20,000 bases of DNA from an uncultured virus (IMG/VR IMGVR_UViG_3300046750_000723). Lineage: Duplodnaviria; Heunggongvirae; Uroviricota; Caudoviricetes. The translations under genes and the position numbers were made by a program. The DNA lies in the IMG/VR virus record IMGVR_UViG_3300046750_000723. One strand, given 5' to 3'. Under the pieces are notes generated by a model. That model did not search any database and was not told the origin of the DNA. It saw only the letters and a program-made list of their open reading frames with translations. Numbering within the stretch: position 1 is the stretch's first letter; the number at the start of each line of letters is the position of its first letter. Below are positions 1 through 9,754 of this stretch, piece by piece.

Positions 1-3000
1 TTTATTGGTGATGGTGGTGGACTTTATAATATTCCTGCATCAGGAGTTACGGGTCTTAGTTTAGATCGAATAGCGAGTTCAACCTCCACAGCATCTATTG
101 ATGCGGATGGTTTACATATTAATACGGATACTACAGTAACAGGGTCTCTCACAGCAACAGAATTTACAGGTAGTGGTTTAGGTTTAACAGATGTGCCAAT
201 TAAAATCTCAGGATCAGACGCGGGATCGACTTCTATCGATTCTACGTTCACAAGAATTAAATTCGATGATTCAACAGGTATAAAAATAAGTGGTACCACA
301 GGTGGTGATGCGGTTGTATTCCTTTCAGGGGTTGCCTCGGAATCGGACGGTGGAGAAGGTAAAACTGCAAAGTTAGAAGTTACAAGTGCAACAAGTACAT
401 GGACATTAAATCACAATTTAAACGAAAAACACCCCTCTATTGAGGTTTTTGACAGTAATGATGAGGTTATTATCCCACAGAAAATAGAGGCAACAAGTGT
501 TAATCAAGTGGTTGTTAGTTTTGCATCACCTCAAACAGGTACTGTAACGGCAACTGTCGGTGGTGGATTACCATCAATTGACTCAGGATATGAGAATAGA
601 GTTTTATCGGTAGATAATAATGGTATTGCAACTTGGAAAACAGGAATACTTAGTGGATCTATTGATTTTTCCACTTTAGTTGATACTGGTTCCTTTAACA
701 CATACACATCATCAAATGATAACACAAATAGTAATCAAAATGGTAGATTAGATAGTCTTGAGGAATTCACTTCAAGTATTGACGATACTTATGCTACGGA
801 TAATGATGTTACAACACTCAGAACCGATTTAAATACATACACATCATCAACCGATGGTAGATTAGATTCTTTAGAGACAACAAGTGGATCAAGTAATCTA
901 AGGTTAGATTATATAGAGTCCGTCACTTCTTCACATCACGGCAGATTAAACAGTTTAGAGACAATAAGTGGGTCCCATGACGGTAGGTTAGATAGTATTG
1001 AATCTAAAACGGGGAGTTTCCTTGTTTCTAACGACCTTTCAACAATAGAAGGGAAGATTGGGTCTTTAGAAACAACTTCAGGTTCTCATGAGGGAAAACT
1101 AAGTAGTTTAGAAACAACAAGTGGTTCACATGATGGAAGATTAGATTCTTTAGAAACAACTTCAGGGTCCCACGATGGAAGATTAACCGATCTTGAAACT
1201 TTTGAGACTAAAGTTGATACAGGGTTGGAGTTTACAGGTTCAAACGTAACAATAAAGGGTAATTTATTAGTTAAAGGGACAGAAACAAGGGTAGATTCAA
1301 CCACAGTAGACATTGACGATAACATTTTATCACTTAATGGTAGTGGTGCGGCAAATGCGGGTATAGAAGTAAGAGATACGGAGTCCCCAGGTGTTTTATC
1401 GGGTTCTTTAATATACGATACGGGTGAAAATACTTGGAAAGCGGGTACTAAAGGAAGTGAAGAAAGATTACTAATTAATAGTGATCTTACAACATTAGAT
1501 GGTAGGTTAGATAGTTTAGAATCTACTAGTGGTTCCCACGAAGATAGAATTGATAGAATTGAAATATCAACGTCCTCACTAAATTCATTTACGAGTAGTA
1601 TTAATACCACAATTAAGGGTAAATTAAATAACGATGGTGTAATAAGTGGTTCTATACAGATAGATCATGATGCGACCACAAATTACGTAGGTAATGAACA
1701 CATTGACCACTCATCCATAACAATTGGTAGTGGTAAGGGTCTAACTGGTGGAGGTACTATCGATACAAATAGGAGTTTAACTCTCGATACTGGATCGGTA
1801 CACTTCTTAAGTGGTGTAAAATCTAAATTAAATACTGAAACAGTTGTAAGTGGTTCCGCACAAATAGATATAACAGGAACTACAAATTATAATTTAGTTG
1901 ATGGTAGATTAGATAGTATTGAATCTTTTACAAGTAGTATTGATTTAACATATGCCACGGATGATGATGTAACAGACTTAAGAAATGATTTAAATACATA
2001 CACATCATCTAACGACGACACAAACAGTACACAGAATGGTAGATTAGATAGTATTGAATCGAGTACGGGTAGTTATCTAACATCATATAATGACGAATAC
2101 ACTACAGGGGCGACTTTTAGTACTTCAAATGGTGTTGTAACATTTACAAGAAATGATGGTGATCAATACACGGTCGATCTTGATGGTAGGTATTTAACTT
2201 CATTTACAGAAACAGACCCAATATTTACTGCACACGCAGTTTATGACATTACATCAACTCAAATAGGTAATTGGGACACCGCATATGGATGGGGTGATCA
2301 TTCACAAGAAGGATATCTTACAACATACAATAATGAGTATACAACGGGGGCCACATTTAATGGATCCAACGGTATTATTACTTTCACAAGAAATGATGGA
2401 GATACTTACACCCTTAATATTAGTAGTACTTTAACTGACATAAATGTTACTGGTGGTACATATAATGACTCAACCCAAACACTAAGACTTAATAAATCAA
2501 ATGGTACTTCTATTGATGTAACTGGATTTGCGGTGGACACCGTACTTCACACAACAGGAGCAACATTTAATTCAAGTAATGGTGTGGTTACCTTTACTAA
2601 GAATGGTGGGGATACGTACACCGTTGATCTTGATGGAAGATACTTAACCTCATTCACAGAAACGGATCCAATATTTACGGCACATGCGGTTTATGACATT
2701 ACTTCTACCCAAATATCAAATTGGGATACCGCATACGGATGGGGTAACCATGCTAGTGCTGGTTATCTAACATCATATACAGATACGAACGAATTTGTAA
2801 CGGGAGCAACTTTTAATGATGGAAATGGAATTGTTACATTCACAAGAAACAATGGTGGTGATACATTTACAGTTGATTTAGACGGTAGGTATTTGGAGTT
2901 TGAAACCAATGGTAATACTTCAGACGTTAATAATGTTACAAGAACAATATTCAGTGCTAATAATACTAATGGATCTACTTCAAATAGACCTGTTAATTGG

Positions 3001-6000
3001 TCAACTGTTTACACTTTAGGTGGTGGATATAACGCCTTACAGTTAGGAACCAATGAAGATTATTCTGAATCAGGATTATGGGTTAGACAATACAACGGTA
3101 ACTCGGCATCTCCACAAGGATCTGGTTGGCAGAACTGGACTGAGGTTTGGACGACAAATCACTTCTCAGCAAATGATAGAAACAATTGGAATACGGCATA
3201 TGGATGGGGAGACCATGGTACTGCGGGGTATTTGACTTCATTCACGGAGACTGACCCAGTATTCACATCCCATGCCGCTTACGATATTACATCAACTCAA
3301 ATAAGTAATTGGGATACAGCATATGGATGGGGTGATCATGGAAGTGCCGGATACCTTACATCATATAACGATGAATATACAACAGGAGCTACTTTTAATG
3401 GTGGTAATGGTATTATTACTTTCACAAGAAATGATGGTGACACCTATACCGTAGACATCAGTTCAACACTTACCGATATAAATGTCACTGGTGGTACATA
3501 TAACGATGCTAACCAAACATTAACACTTAATAAATCAAATGGAAGTAGTGTGGATGTAACTGGATTTGCGGTGGACACTGTACTTCATACAACAGGTGCG
3601 ACATTTAACAGTAGTAATGGTGTAATAACATTTACTAAAAATGGTGGAGATACATATACTGTTGATATTGACGGTAGATTCTTGACAAGTTACACCGAAA
3701 CACAAACATTAAATGACGTAACTACCTTAGGTGCGACAACGAGTAACGATCTACAAGTTGGTGGATTAACAATATCCGATACATTCCCTTATTTGGATTT
3801 TGTAGATACTAATAGTTTTACTGACACTGCCGATAGGTTTAGAGTTAGAGCGGGTGGAAATAATGGTATGATTCAATGGTCTGATTCTTCAGCAGGAACA
3901 GTAACCACTTTAATGACTTTCCTACCTGATGGTAAAATAACTATGGGTAATGGTATACAATTTACTGCCACTGGTGGTGTAGATATGGGAACCAATACCA
4001 TAACTGATGGTAAGGTTGCCCAATGGAACACAGCATATGGATGGGGAGATCACTCACAAGCAGGATACTTAACAACATACAATAATGAGTACACCACAGG
4101 TGCAACATTCAATACAAGTAATGGTGTAATTACATTCACAAGAAACGATGGAGACCAATTTACTGTTGATATCGATGGGAGATATTTAACTTCATTTACA
4201 GAAACAGACACCTTAAGTAGTGTAACATCAAGAGGAAATTCAACAAACAATTCTATTAGTGTTGGTGATTTCCTAGCATCTCACCAATCAGCACAGAACG
4301 CAACGACTAAGGCGGAGATGTTAAGTATGGGGGTTGCTAAGTTTAGACCCCATTCTACGAATTCGGGTACTTTAGCAATAGCACAAGTGGATGCGGGTAA
4401 CTCAGTTGGTTTACAATTTACAAATGGTGCGGGTACCGCTGATTGGGACATGTCATTACAACCATTTGGAGGTAATGTTGGTATTAATAAGGTTAATCCT
4501 TCAGGTGCACTTCATGTATATAGTGGTACTTCAGAAAGATTCTTAGTTAGTGGCGATGTACATGTACAAGGTTCAACTGATTTAAATATTAATGGTGCAA
4601 GTAGAAGATTATCATTTACAAGTGGTACAGGTACTATTAGAACCACAACCGCAAACGAACTATACTTACAAACAAACTCAACCACTGCAATTACCATAGA
4701 TGCCAATCAAAACGTTGAAATTTCGGGTACTCTTTCTGCAAGTGGGTATAATAAAACAAATTGGGATACCGCATATGGATGGGGTGATCATTCACAAGCG
4801 GGATACGTAACCTCAAGTGGAAATACTATTATAGGTACGGACTCAGATATAAATACATCAGGTTCTTATGTTGTTGACCAATTAACAATGACTGATGGTG
4901 TAATAACAAGTCATTCTACAAGACAATTGTCAGAATTAAGGATTCCTGATACACGAGCGGCAGAAAAAACACCTAATGAATATACCGATCAACACCTTTC
5001 GTTAGATTTTACCGATGAATATGGTTCTTTAGGTTCATGGTATAGTGGAATAACTTTAAAAGGTTGGACAGGTACATATGCGGCTTGGCAATTAATATCG
5101 GAAGCGGATAGTGGTATTGGAGATACAAACCTATATTTTAGACAGGGTAATGGTACTACTTGGCAATCTATGAGAACCGTATGGACAAGTGCTAACTTTG
5201 CCAACAACTCATCTAATTGGAATACAGCGTATGGATGGGGAGATCACTCACAAGCGGGATACTTAACTTCAAGTTCAACTCAAAGTAAATACTTAAGAAG
5301 TGATACTGATGATACTACAACGGGAGCACTTACAATTGGTGAGGGTACTAACCAAGCAAGACTTATAATAAAGAAAGCGGATAACGACGTATCGGATCAT
5401 ATTGTATTTTATAATGGAACAACTCGTATTGGTGAGATTGGTGCACAAGATGATACATGGTTAAGAATTAATCAAAACACAAGTAAAAATATATACACAC
5501 CAAGATACATAAGAGCCGACGCAGGTTTCTTTGTTGATGGTACAAGTAAAGGTATTAATGGGTCGGGTAATTTCATCGGTGGTACTATTGCAGGTGCAAG
5601 TGACGCGAACGTAACTAATTGGGATACCGCATATGAATGGGGAGATCATTCACAAGAGGGTTATTTAACCTCTTATAATGATGAGTATACCACAGGTGCA
5701 ACATTTAATGGTGGTAATGGTATAATCACATTTACAAGAAATGATGGAGATCAGTACACTGTTGATATTAGTAGTACTTTAACTGATATAAATGTCACTG
5801 GTGGTACATATAATGACGCTAACCAAACATTAACACTTAATAAATCAAATGGAAGTAGTGTAGATGTTACGGGGTTCGCAGTCGATACGGTTTTACATAC
5901 AACAGGTGCAACATTTAACAGTGGTAATGGTGTTGTAACTTTTACTAAGAATGGTGGAGACACATATACTGTTGATTTAGATGGTAGATATTTAACTTCA

Positions 6001-8577
6001 GAATCTAACAGTTTCTTGGGTGATGGTGGATCTGCAAATACTCACCCTGGCACAAATAAGGTAATATTTACAGGTCAAGTAAGTGCAGGTTCAGGAGCAT
6101 TGGGGATGCCTACCGTAGATAATTCAAATGCATTCTTAAATATTAATAGACACTCAGGTGAATACAATAGTCAGTTAGGGTTTAGTTCTAACGGTAACAT
6201 ATATTATAGAAAGTTTAGTGCGGCGGCAATAAACTCAACTCAAGCATGGTTACAAGTTTATCATTCAGGTAATTTCACCAACAACTCAAGTAATTGGAAT
6301 ACAGCGTATGGATGGGGTGATCACAGTACTGCAGGATACATAACTTCTCAAGCGACAGACTTTGTGTCCAAATCAAGTGGTGGTCAGTTTGATGGTTTAA
6401 TCACAATTAAAGAGGATACAAATACATCAACAACCGCCGGTAAGAGTTTATTAACGTTACATAACGAAAATTCTGATATATCACAACAACAGTCTTTTAT
6501 TGATTTTAAGTTTACTGACACTAACGCAAATTACACACCACAAGTACGTATAGGTGCACAGGTTGGTCCAGATGCGGACGCAAACGCAATGTCTAAAGAA
6601 GGTGCGGGTTCGTTTGTGGTATATACTGCACCTGTTGGTAGTGATGAGTTAGGTAATAGTAGTGGTTTAGCGGAACAGTTCAGAGTTAGTTACAATGGAA
6701 CGGTTACTGCACAAGGTCAGATAGTAGCGACAGGTGGTAACTCAGGTAATTGGAATACAGCGTATGGATGGGGAGATCATTCACAAGTGGGATATCTAAC
6801 AAGTAGTTCAACACAATCAAAATATCTAAGAACTGATGTTGACGACACTATAGAAAGTGGAAGTATTATATCATTTAAAACCGCTGCTGGTACTACGAGA
6901 GGATTTTTACAATCGACAGACACAAATGACGAACATTTCATTATTGCCACATCGGGAGGTGAAGACATTGCATTTAAGGATGGTGGTGTAGCTGGTACTA
7001 CTAACATGGTAATTAGAGGTGACGGTAACGTTGTTGTAACAGGTAGTGTAACCGCATCAGGAGGAAACTCAGGTAATTGGAATACAGCGTATGGATGGGG
7101 TGATCATTCACAAGAAGGTTATATAAAAAGTTTTGATAATGATATTGACTATATAAATTCAGCATCATTCGATACAGGTACGGGTGTTATCACAGGTACA
7201 GGTGTGGGTAATGCAGGGTTCACTGTCGATATTGATGGTAGGTATTTAAAAATATCAGATAAGGCCGCGGATTCAGATAAACTTGATGGTATTGATTCTT
7301 CAGAGTTTTTAAGAAGTAACACGGCGGACACTTTCACAGGTACTATAACAATGGGTACTCAAAAGGCGTTAGTGGCTAATAACTATGGACGAGGTGTTTA
7401 TGGTATATATTCCTCAACAAGATACCAACACGTATGGTCTATGGGTACGAGTTATAATCTCTCAGATGACGGTACAAGTGCAGGTAATTTATACGGATTA
7501 GCGTTTACACACACAAATGTTGGTGGAGAATCTAAATCAGGTTTAGATCATCAAATGTTAATAATGAGGAATGGTACTACTGTATCTGCCATTGGGGCGG
7601 GTATATGGACAGATGGTACTATAACAACAACATCCCATGGTAATTCATCACAATGGAACACCGCATATGGATGGGGTAACCACGCAAGTGCTGGTTACGC
7701 ATCTTCATCACACACACACTCGACGAGTGATATTACAAGTGGTACATTTGTAGCGGCGAGATTCTCGCAGAGTACGAGATACAACATAGGTCTTATCCTT
7801 GGATACAGTTCTCAAACAAGAGATAAAATAAGAGTTTGGGATTCAAGTGAGTATTCGATTGGTATGAAGAATGGGTATGATTACGGTCATATAGGATCAG
7901 GTGAATACGCAATGTCATTCCAAATGAGTAATACCGCCGGTAGAGGTTGGTGGTGGGGAGACACCTCACATACCGATGACCAAGGAGCCGCGTCAATCAC
8001 CACCGAAGGTAAAATGGTTATTGCAAAATCACTATCAGTTGGTCAGGGTGAGACGATAACAAACCCAAGTGACACACCATTATATGTTGAAGGTACAACT
8101 GCAGGTGAAACAGTATTCGAGGTACAAGGTACAAGTGGTCAGTTATTCTCAATAACAGATAGTTTAATAGGGGACATATTTGAAGTATCCGACATATCGG
8201 GTATACCAATCTTAACTGTTAATTCTTCAGGTGTAGTAACTGTAGACGATACTTTACATGTAACGGGAGATGTTATTGCATACTACGCATCCGATAAGAG
8301 ATTGAAAGACAATATTAAACCTATTGAAAACGCAATTGATAAAATAAAAATGATTGGTGGTTATGAGTTCGATTGGAATTCAAACTCAAAAAATAACAAT
8401 GGTCATGATGTGGGTGTTATTGCACAAGAAATAGAAGAAGTATTACCTGAACTTGTTGGAACAAGAAGTGATGGTTATAAAGGTGTTAAGTACGAAAAAC
8501 TAACAGCACTACTAATACAATCAAATAAAGAATTAATTGAGAGAGTAGAAGAACTCGAATCTAAACTAAAGAAATAG
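1..8577 (+). CDS. Giant modular phage tail fibre / adhesin with C-terminal peptidase S74 intramolecular chaperone (5'-truncated by window edge)
   Basis: Frame 1 has no stop from base 1 (FIGDGGGLYNIPASGV...) to TAG at 8575-8577, so the GTG at 193 is probably internal. The protein is S/T/G/N-rich and has a WTLNHNL small beta domain, RLxxLE coiled-coil repeats, many internal repeats, the fibre motifs AADSDKLDGIDSSEFLRS and SHTHSTSDITSG, and a terminal SDKRLK...VGVIAQEIEEVLPELV...VKYEKL domain. Confidence 0.9.
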   Translation, partial: FIGDGGGLYNIPASGVTGLSLDRIASSTSTASIDADGLHINTDTTVTGSLTATEFTGSGLGLTDVPIKISGSDAGSTSIDSTFTRIKFDDSTGIKISGTTGGDAVVFLSGVASESDGGEGKTAKLEVTSATSTWTLNHNLNEKHPSIEVFDSNDEVIIPQKIEATSVNQVVVSFASPQTGTVTATVGGGLPSIDSGYENRVLSVDNNGIATWKTGILSGSIDFSTLVDTGSFNTYTSSNDNTNSNQNGRLDSLEEFTSSIDDTYATDNDVTTLRTDLNTYTSSTDGRLDSLETTSGSSNLRLDYIESVTSSHHGRLNSLETISGSHDGRLDSIESKTGSFLVSNDLSTIEGKIGSLETTSGSHEGKLSSLETTSGSHDGRLDSLETTSGSHDGRLTDLETFETKVDTGLEFTGSNVTIKGNLLVKGTETRVDSTTVDIDDNILSLNGSGAANAGIEVRDTESPGVLSGSLIYDTGENTWKAGTKGSEERLLINSDLTTLDGRLDSLESTSGSHEDRIDRIEISTSSLNSFTSSINTTIKGKLNNDGVISGSIQIDHDATTNYVGNEHIDHSSITIGSGKGLTGGGTIDTNRSLTLDTGSVHFLSGVKSKLNTETVVSGSAQIDITGTTNYNLVDGRLDSIESFTSSIDLTYATDDDVTDLRNDLNTYTSSNDDTNSTQNGRLDSIESSTGSYLTSYNDEYTTGATFSTSNGVVTFTRNDGDQYTVDLDGRYLTSFTETDPIFTAHAVYDITSTQIGNWDTAYGWGDHSQEGYLTTYNNEYTTGATFNGSNGIITFTRNDGDTYTLNISSTLTDINVTGGTYNDSTQTLRLNKSNGTSIDVTGFAVDTVLHTTGATFNSSNGVVTFTKNGGDTYTVDLDGRYLTSFTETDPIFTAHAVYDITSTQISNWDTAYGWGNHASAGYLTSYTDTNEFVTGATFNDGNGIVTFTRNNGGDTFTVDLDGRYLEFETNGNTSDVNNVTRTIFSANNTNGSTSNRPVNWSTVYTLGGGYNALQLGTNEDYSESGLWVRQYNGNSASPQGSGWQNWTEVWTTNHFSANDRNNWNTAYGWGDHGTAGYLTSFTETDPVFTSHAAYDITSTQISNWDTAYGWGDHGSAGYLTSYNDEYTTGATFNGGNGIITFTRNDGDTYTVDISSTLTDINVTGGTYNDANQTLTLNKSNGSSVDVTGFAVDTVLHTTGATFNSSNGVITFTKNGGDTYTVDIDGRFLTSYTETQTLNDVTTLGATTSNDLQVGGLTISDTFPYLDFVDTNSFTDTADRFRVRAGGNNGMIQWSDSSAGTVTTLMTFLPDGKITMGNGIQFTATGGVDMGTNTITDGKVAQWNTAYGWGDHSQAGYLTTYNNEYTTGATFNTSNGVITFTRNDGDQFTVDIDGRYLTSFTETDTLSSVTSRGNSTNNSISVGDFLASHQSAQNATTKAEMLSMGVAKFRPHSTNSGTLAIAQVDAGNSVGLQFTNGAGTADWDMSLQPFGGNVGINKVNPSGALHVYSGTSERFLVSGDVHVQGSTDLNINGASRRLSFTSGTGTIRTTTANELYLQTNSTTAITIDANQNVEISGTLSASGYNKTNWDTAYGWGDHSQAGYVTSSGNTIIGTDSDINTSGSYVVDQLTMTDGVITSHSTRQLSELRIPDTRAAEKTPNEYTDQHLSLDFTDEYGSLGSWYSGITLKGWTGTYAAWQLISEADSGIGDTNLYFRQGNGTTWQSMRTVWTSANFANNSSNWNTAYGWGDHSQAGYLTSSSTQSKYLRSDTDDTTTGALTIGEGTNQARLIIKKADNDVSDHIVFYNGTTRIGEIGAQDDTWLRINQNTSKNIYTPRYIRADAGFFVDGTSKGINGSGNFIGGTIAGASDANVTNWDTAYEWGDHSQEGYLTSYNDEYTTGATFNGGNGIITFTRNDGDQYTVDISSTLTDINVTGGTYNDANQTLTLNKSNGSSVDVTGFAVDTVLHTTGATFNSGNGVVTFTKNGGDTYTVDLDGRYLTSESNSFLGDGGSANTHPGTNKVIFTGQVSAGSGALGMPTVDNSNAFLNINRHSGEYNSQLGFSSNGNIYYRKFSAAAINSTQAWLQVYHSGNFTNNSSNWNTAYGWGDHSTAGYITSQATDFVSKSSGGQFDGLITIKEDTNTSTTAGKSLLTLHNENSDISQQQSFIDFKFTDTNANYTPQVRIGAQVGPDADANAMSKEGAGSFVVYTAPVGSDELGNSSGLAEQFRVSYNGTVTAQGQIVATGGNSGNWNTAYGWGDHSQVGYLTSSSTQSKYLRTDVDDTIESGSIISFKTAAGTTRGFLQSTDTNDEHFIIATSGGEDIAFKDGGVAGTTNMVIRGDGNVVVTGSVTASGGNSGNWNTAYGWGDHSQEGYIKSFDNDIDYINSASFDTGTGVITGTGVGNAGFTVDIDGRYLKISDKAADSDKLDGIDSSEFLRSNTADTFTGTITMGTQKALVANNYGRGVYGIYSSTRYQHVWSMGTSYNLSDDGTSAGNLYGLAFTHTNVGGESKSGLDHQMLIMRNGTTVSAIGAGIWTDGTITTTSHGNSSQWNTAYGWGNHASAGYASSSHTHSTSDITSGTFVAARFSQSTRYNIGLILGYSSQTRDKIRVWDSSEYSIGMKNGYDYGHIGSGEYAMSFQMSNTAGRGWWWGDTSHTDDQGAASITTEGKMVIAKSLSVGQGETITNPSDTPLYVEGTTAGETVFEVQGTSGQLFSITDSLIGDIFEVSDISGIPILTVNSSGVVTVDDTLHVTGDVIAYYASDKRLKDNIKPIENAIDKIKMIGGYEFDWNSNSKNNNGHDVGVIAQEIEEVLPELVGTRSDGYKGVKYEKLTALLIQSNKELIERVEELESKLKK
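856..1212 (+). repeat. 14-aa (42-nt) tandem coiled-coil repeat, consensus GRLDSLETTSGSHD
   Basis: Units start at 856, 898, 940, 982, then 1051, 1093, 1135, 1177. Dispersed copies lie near 742, 1501, 1543, 1903 and 2038. Confidence 0.9.
2092..6000 (+). repeat. TGATFNxxNGxxTFT[RK]N[DG]GDxYTVD repeat family, including a triplicated ~125-aa unit
   Basis: Nine clear copies (about 2092, 2329, 2545, 2788, 3367, 3583, 4081, 5677, 5893) and a degenerate one near 7144. The large unit is repeated at about 2272-2650, 3310-3690 and 5620-6000. Confidence 0.9.
2272..7698 (+). repeat. 12 dispersed in-frame copies of W[DN]TAY[GE]WG[DN]HxxxGY
   Basis: First Trp codon at 2272, 2722, 3187, 3310, 4024, 4762, 5218, 5620, 6295, 6751, 7078 and 7654. 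DNA core is GCRTAYGRATGGGGWRAYCA. Confidence 0.95.
8290..8574 (+). other. Peptidase S74 / intramolecular chaperone auto-processing domain
   Basis: S-D-K-R-L-K (Ser codon at 8290) gives the Ser/Lys dyad spacing, followed by the GVIAQE motif and a terminal coiled coil (KELIERVEELESKLKK). Confidence 0.92.
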
Positions 8578-9750
8578 ATGGGAATTCATAGAGGACCAAA
8601 TATGGAAAAAGGTGGATTAGTATTCGGATATGATAGTGGACACGGTGTGTGCGACAATCACACGAGTAGTAGGTTTTACCAAGGTAAACCCACAACTAAT
8701 ACTTGGAATAAAAACTCACATAGTTACACCAGTGGGAATATAACCGCCACAAGAAATGCAACACCACCCGTACCACCACCACTTGAAGCTCAAGGGTTTG
8801 AAGTTTATAAGTTACAATCTAACGATGGTGGATTAAATCAAGGTATAATGGGAACCTCTAACGTAGTAAATGGTGTGGGTGGTAATTATGTCCATAGTGT
8901 TTACTGTTATTTAGAATCAGGAACAATCGTAACGGTGGGTCAACATTGGAATCCATGGGCGTATGGTGACACACAAAATCCACCTTTAGGTAGGTGGGTA
9001 AGGTTATCTCAAACAGTTACTAATGATGTTAATAATTACGGTAATGTTGCAAACGCATATAGAACCAACGGAGTTGCTTACTTTACGGCACCTCAATATG
9101 AATTAGGAAGTGTCGTAACCCCACATGTGGATGGTGACCGACCATCAACAGAGTCACTCATAGATCTAAAAAGAACAACAGATATTGATATGTCTAACCT
9201 ATCGTTTGATTCAACAGGACAACCTACTTTTGATGGTACAAACGATTATCTTGTTACTTATGAGGACTTTCTAATAAAGGGAGATCAAACATGGGAAATT
9301 GTAGCTATGTCTACAGGAGCCCCCGACTCACCTGCGGGTATACTAACAAATCACCACTTTCAGTCTCCACAATCTAATTTTGGAATAAACTATGTAAGTG
9401 GAAGTAGGTTAGGTGCCTCTATTGGATATACAAATGGGTCAAGAGAATATGCGTCCAAAAACACATCTTACGTTATTCAAGAGAATGTACCATTTCATGC
9501 CGTATTAAAATACGACTCATCTAATAACACAATAGAGTGGTTTATAAATGGAGTATCAGATTCGACGTATAGTCTTTCATCAACTCCCAATTTTATACCT
9601 CAACCCATATGTTCAGGTAGATGGACACCAATATATAATGATTATTATTTTAATGGTGCGGTGTATGTTGGTAAAGTATATGGTAGAGCACTCACATCCG
9701 ACGAGATAAAACAAAATTATAACAGCTATAAAAACAGATTTAACTTATAA
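8578..9750 (+). CDS. LamG/concanavalin A-like lectin protein 1 (390 aa) with inserted CBM-like domain
   Basis: N-term MGIHRGPNMEKGGLVFGYD. LamG motifs FDGTNDY, FHAVLKYD, WFING, YFNG, VYGRALTSDEIKQNY; C-term KNRFNL. ATG directly follows the fibre TAG. Confidence 0.8.
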   Translation: MGIHRGPNMEKGGLVFGYDSGHGVCDNHTSSRFYQGKPTTNTWNKNSHSYTSGNITATRNATPPVPPPLEAQGFEVYKLQSNDGGLNQGIMGTSNVVNGVGGNYVHSVYCYLESGTIVTVGQHWNPWAYGDTQNPPLGRWVRLSQTVTNDVNNYGNVANAYRTNGVAYFTAPQYELGSVVTPHVDGDRPSTESLIDLKRTTDIDMSNLSFDSTGQPTFDGTNDYLVTYEDFLIKGDQTWEIVAMSTGAPDSPAGILTNHHFQSPQSNFGINYVSGSRLGASIGYTNGSREYASKNTSYVIQENVPFHAVLKYDSSNNTIEWFINGVSDSTYSLSSTPNFIPQPICSGRWTPIYNDYYFNGAVYVGKVYGRALTSDEIKQNYNSYKNRFNL

Positions 9751-9754
9751 CGAT

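Noticed and set aside
5440..5540. QDDTWLRINQNTSKNIY resembles a segment seen in shufflon PilV-annotated proteins
   Set aside because: The motif is short and shared by many fibres. There are no inverted cassettes, minus-strand partial genes or recombinase in the window.
2272..7698. CRISPR-like repeat-spacer array
   Set aside because: The repeats are in-frame coding, vary at synonymous sites and are spaced 123-738 nt apart. No cas genes or leader are present.
8575..8580. Stop-codon reassignment or readthrough fusing the fibre to lectin 1 (in-frame TAG-ATG)
   Set aside because: S74 domains are normally terminal, lectin 1 has the same N-terminus as its free-standing paralogs, and TAA, TAG and TGA all end genes cleanly here.
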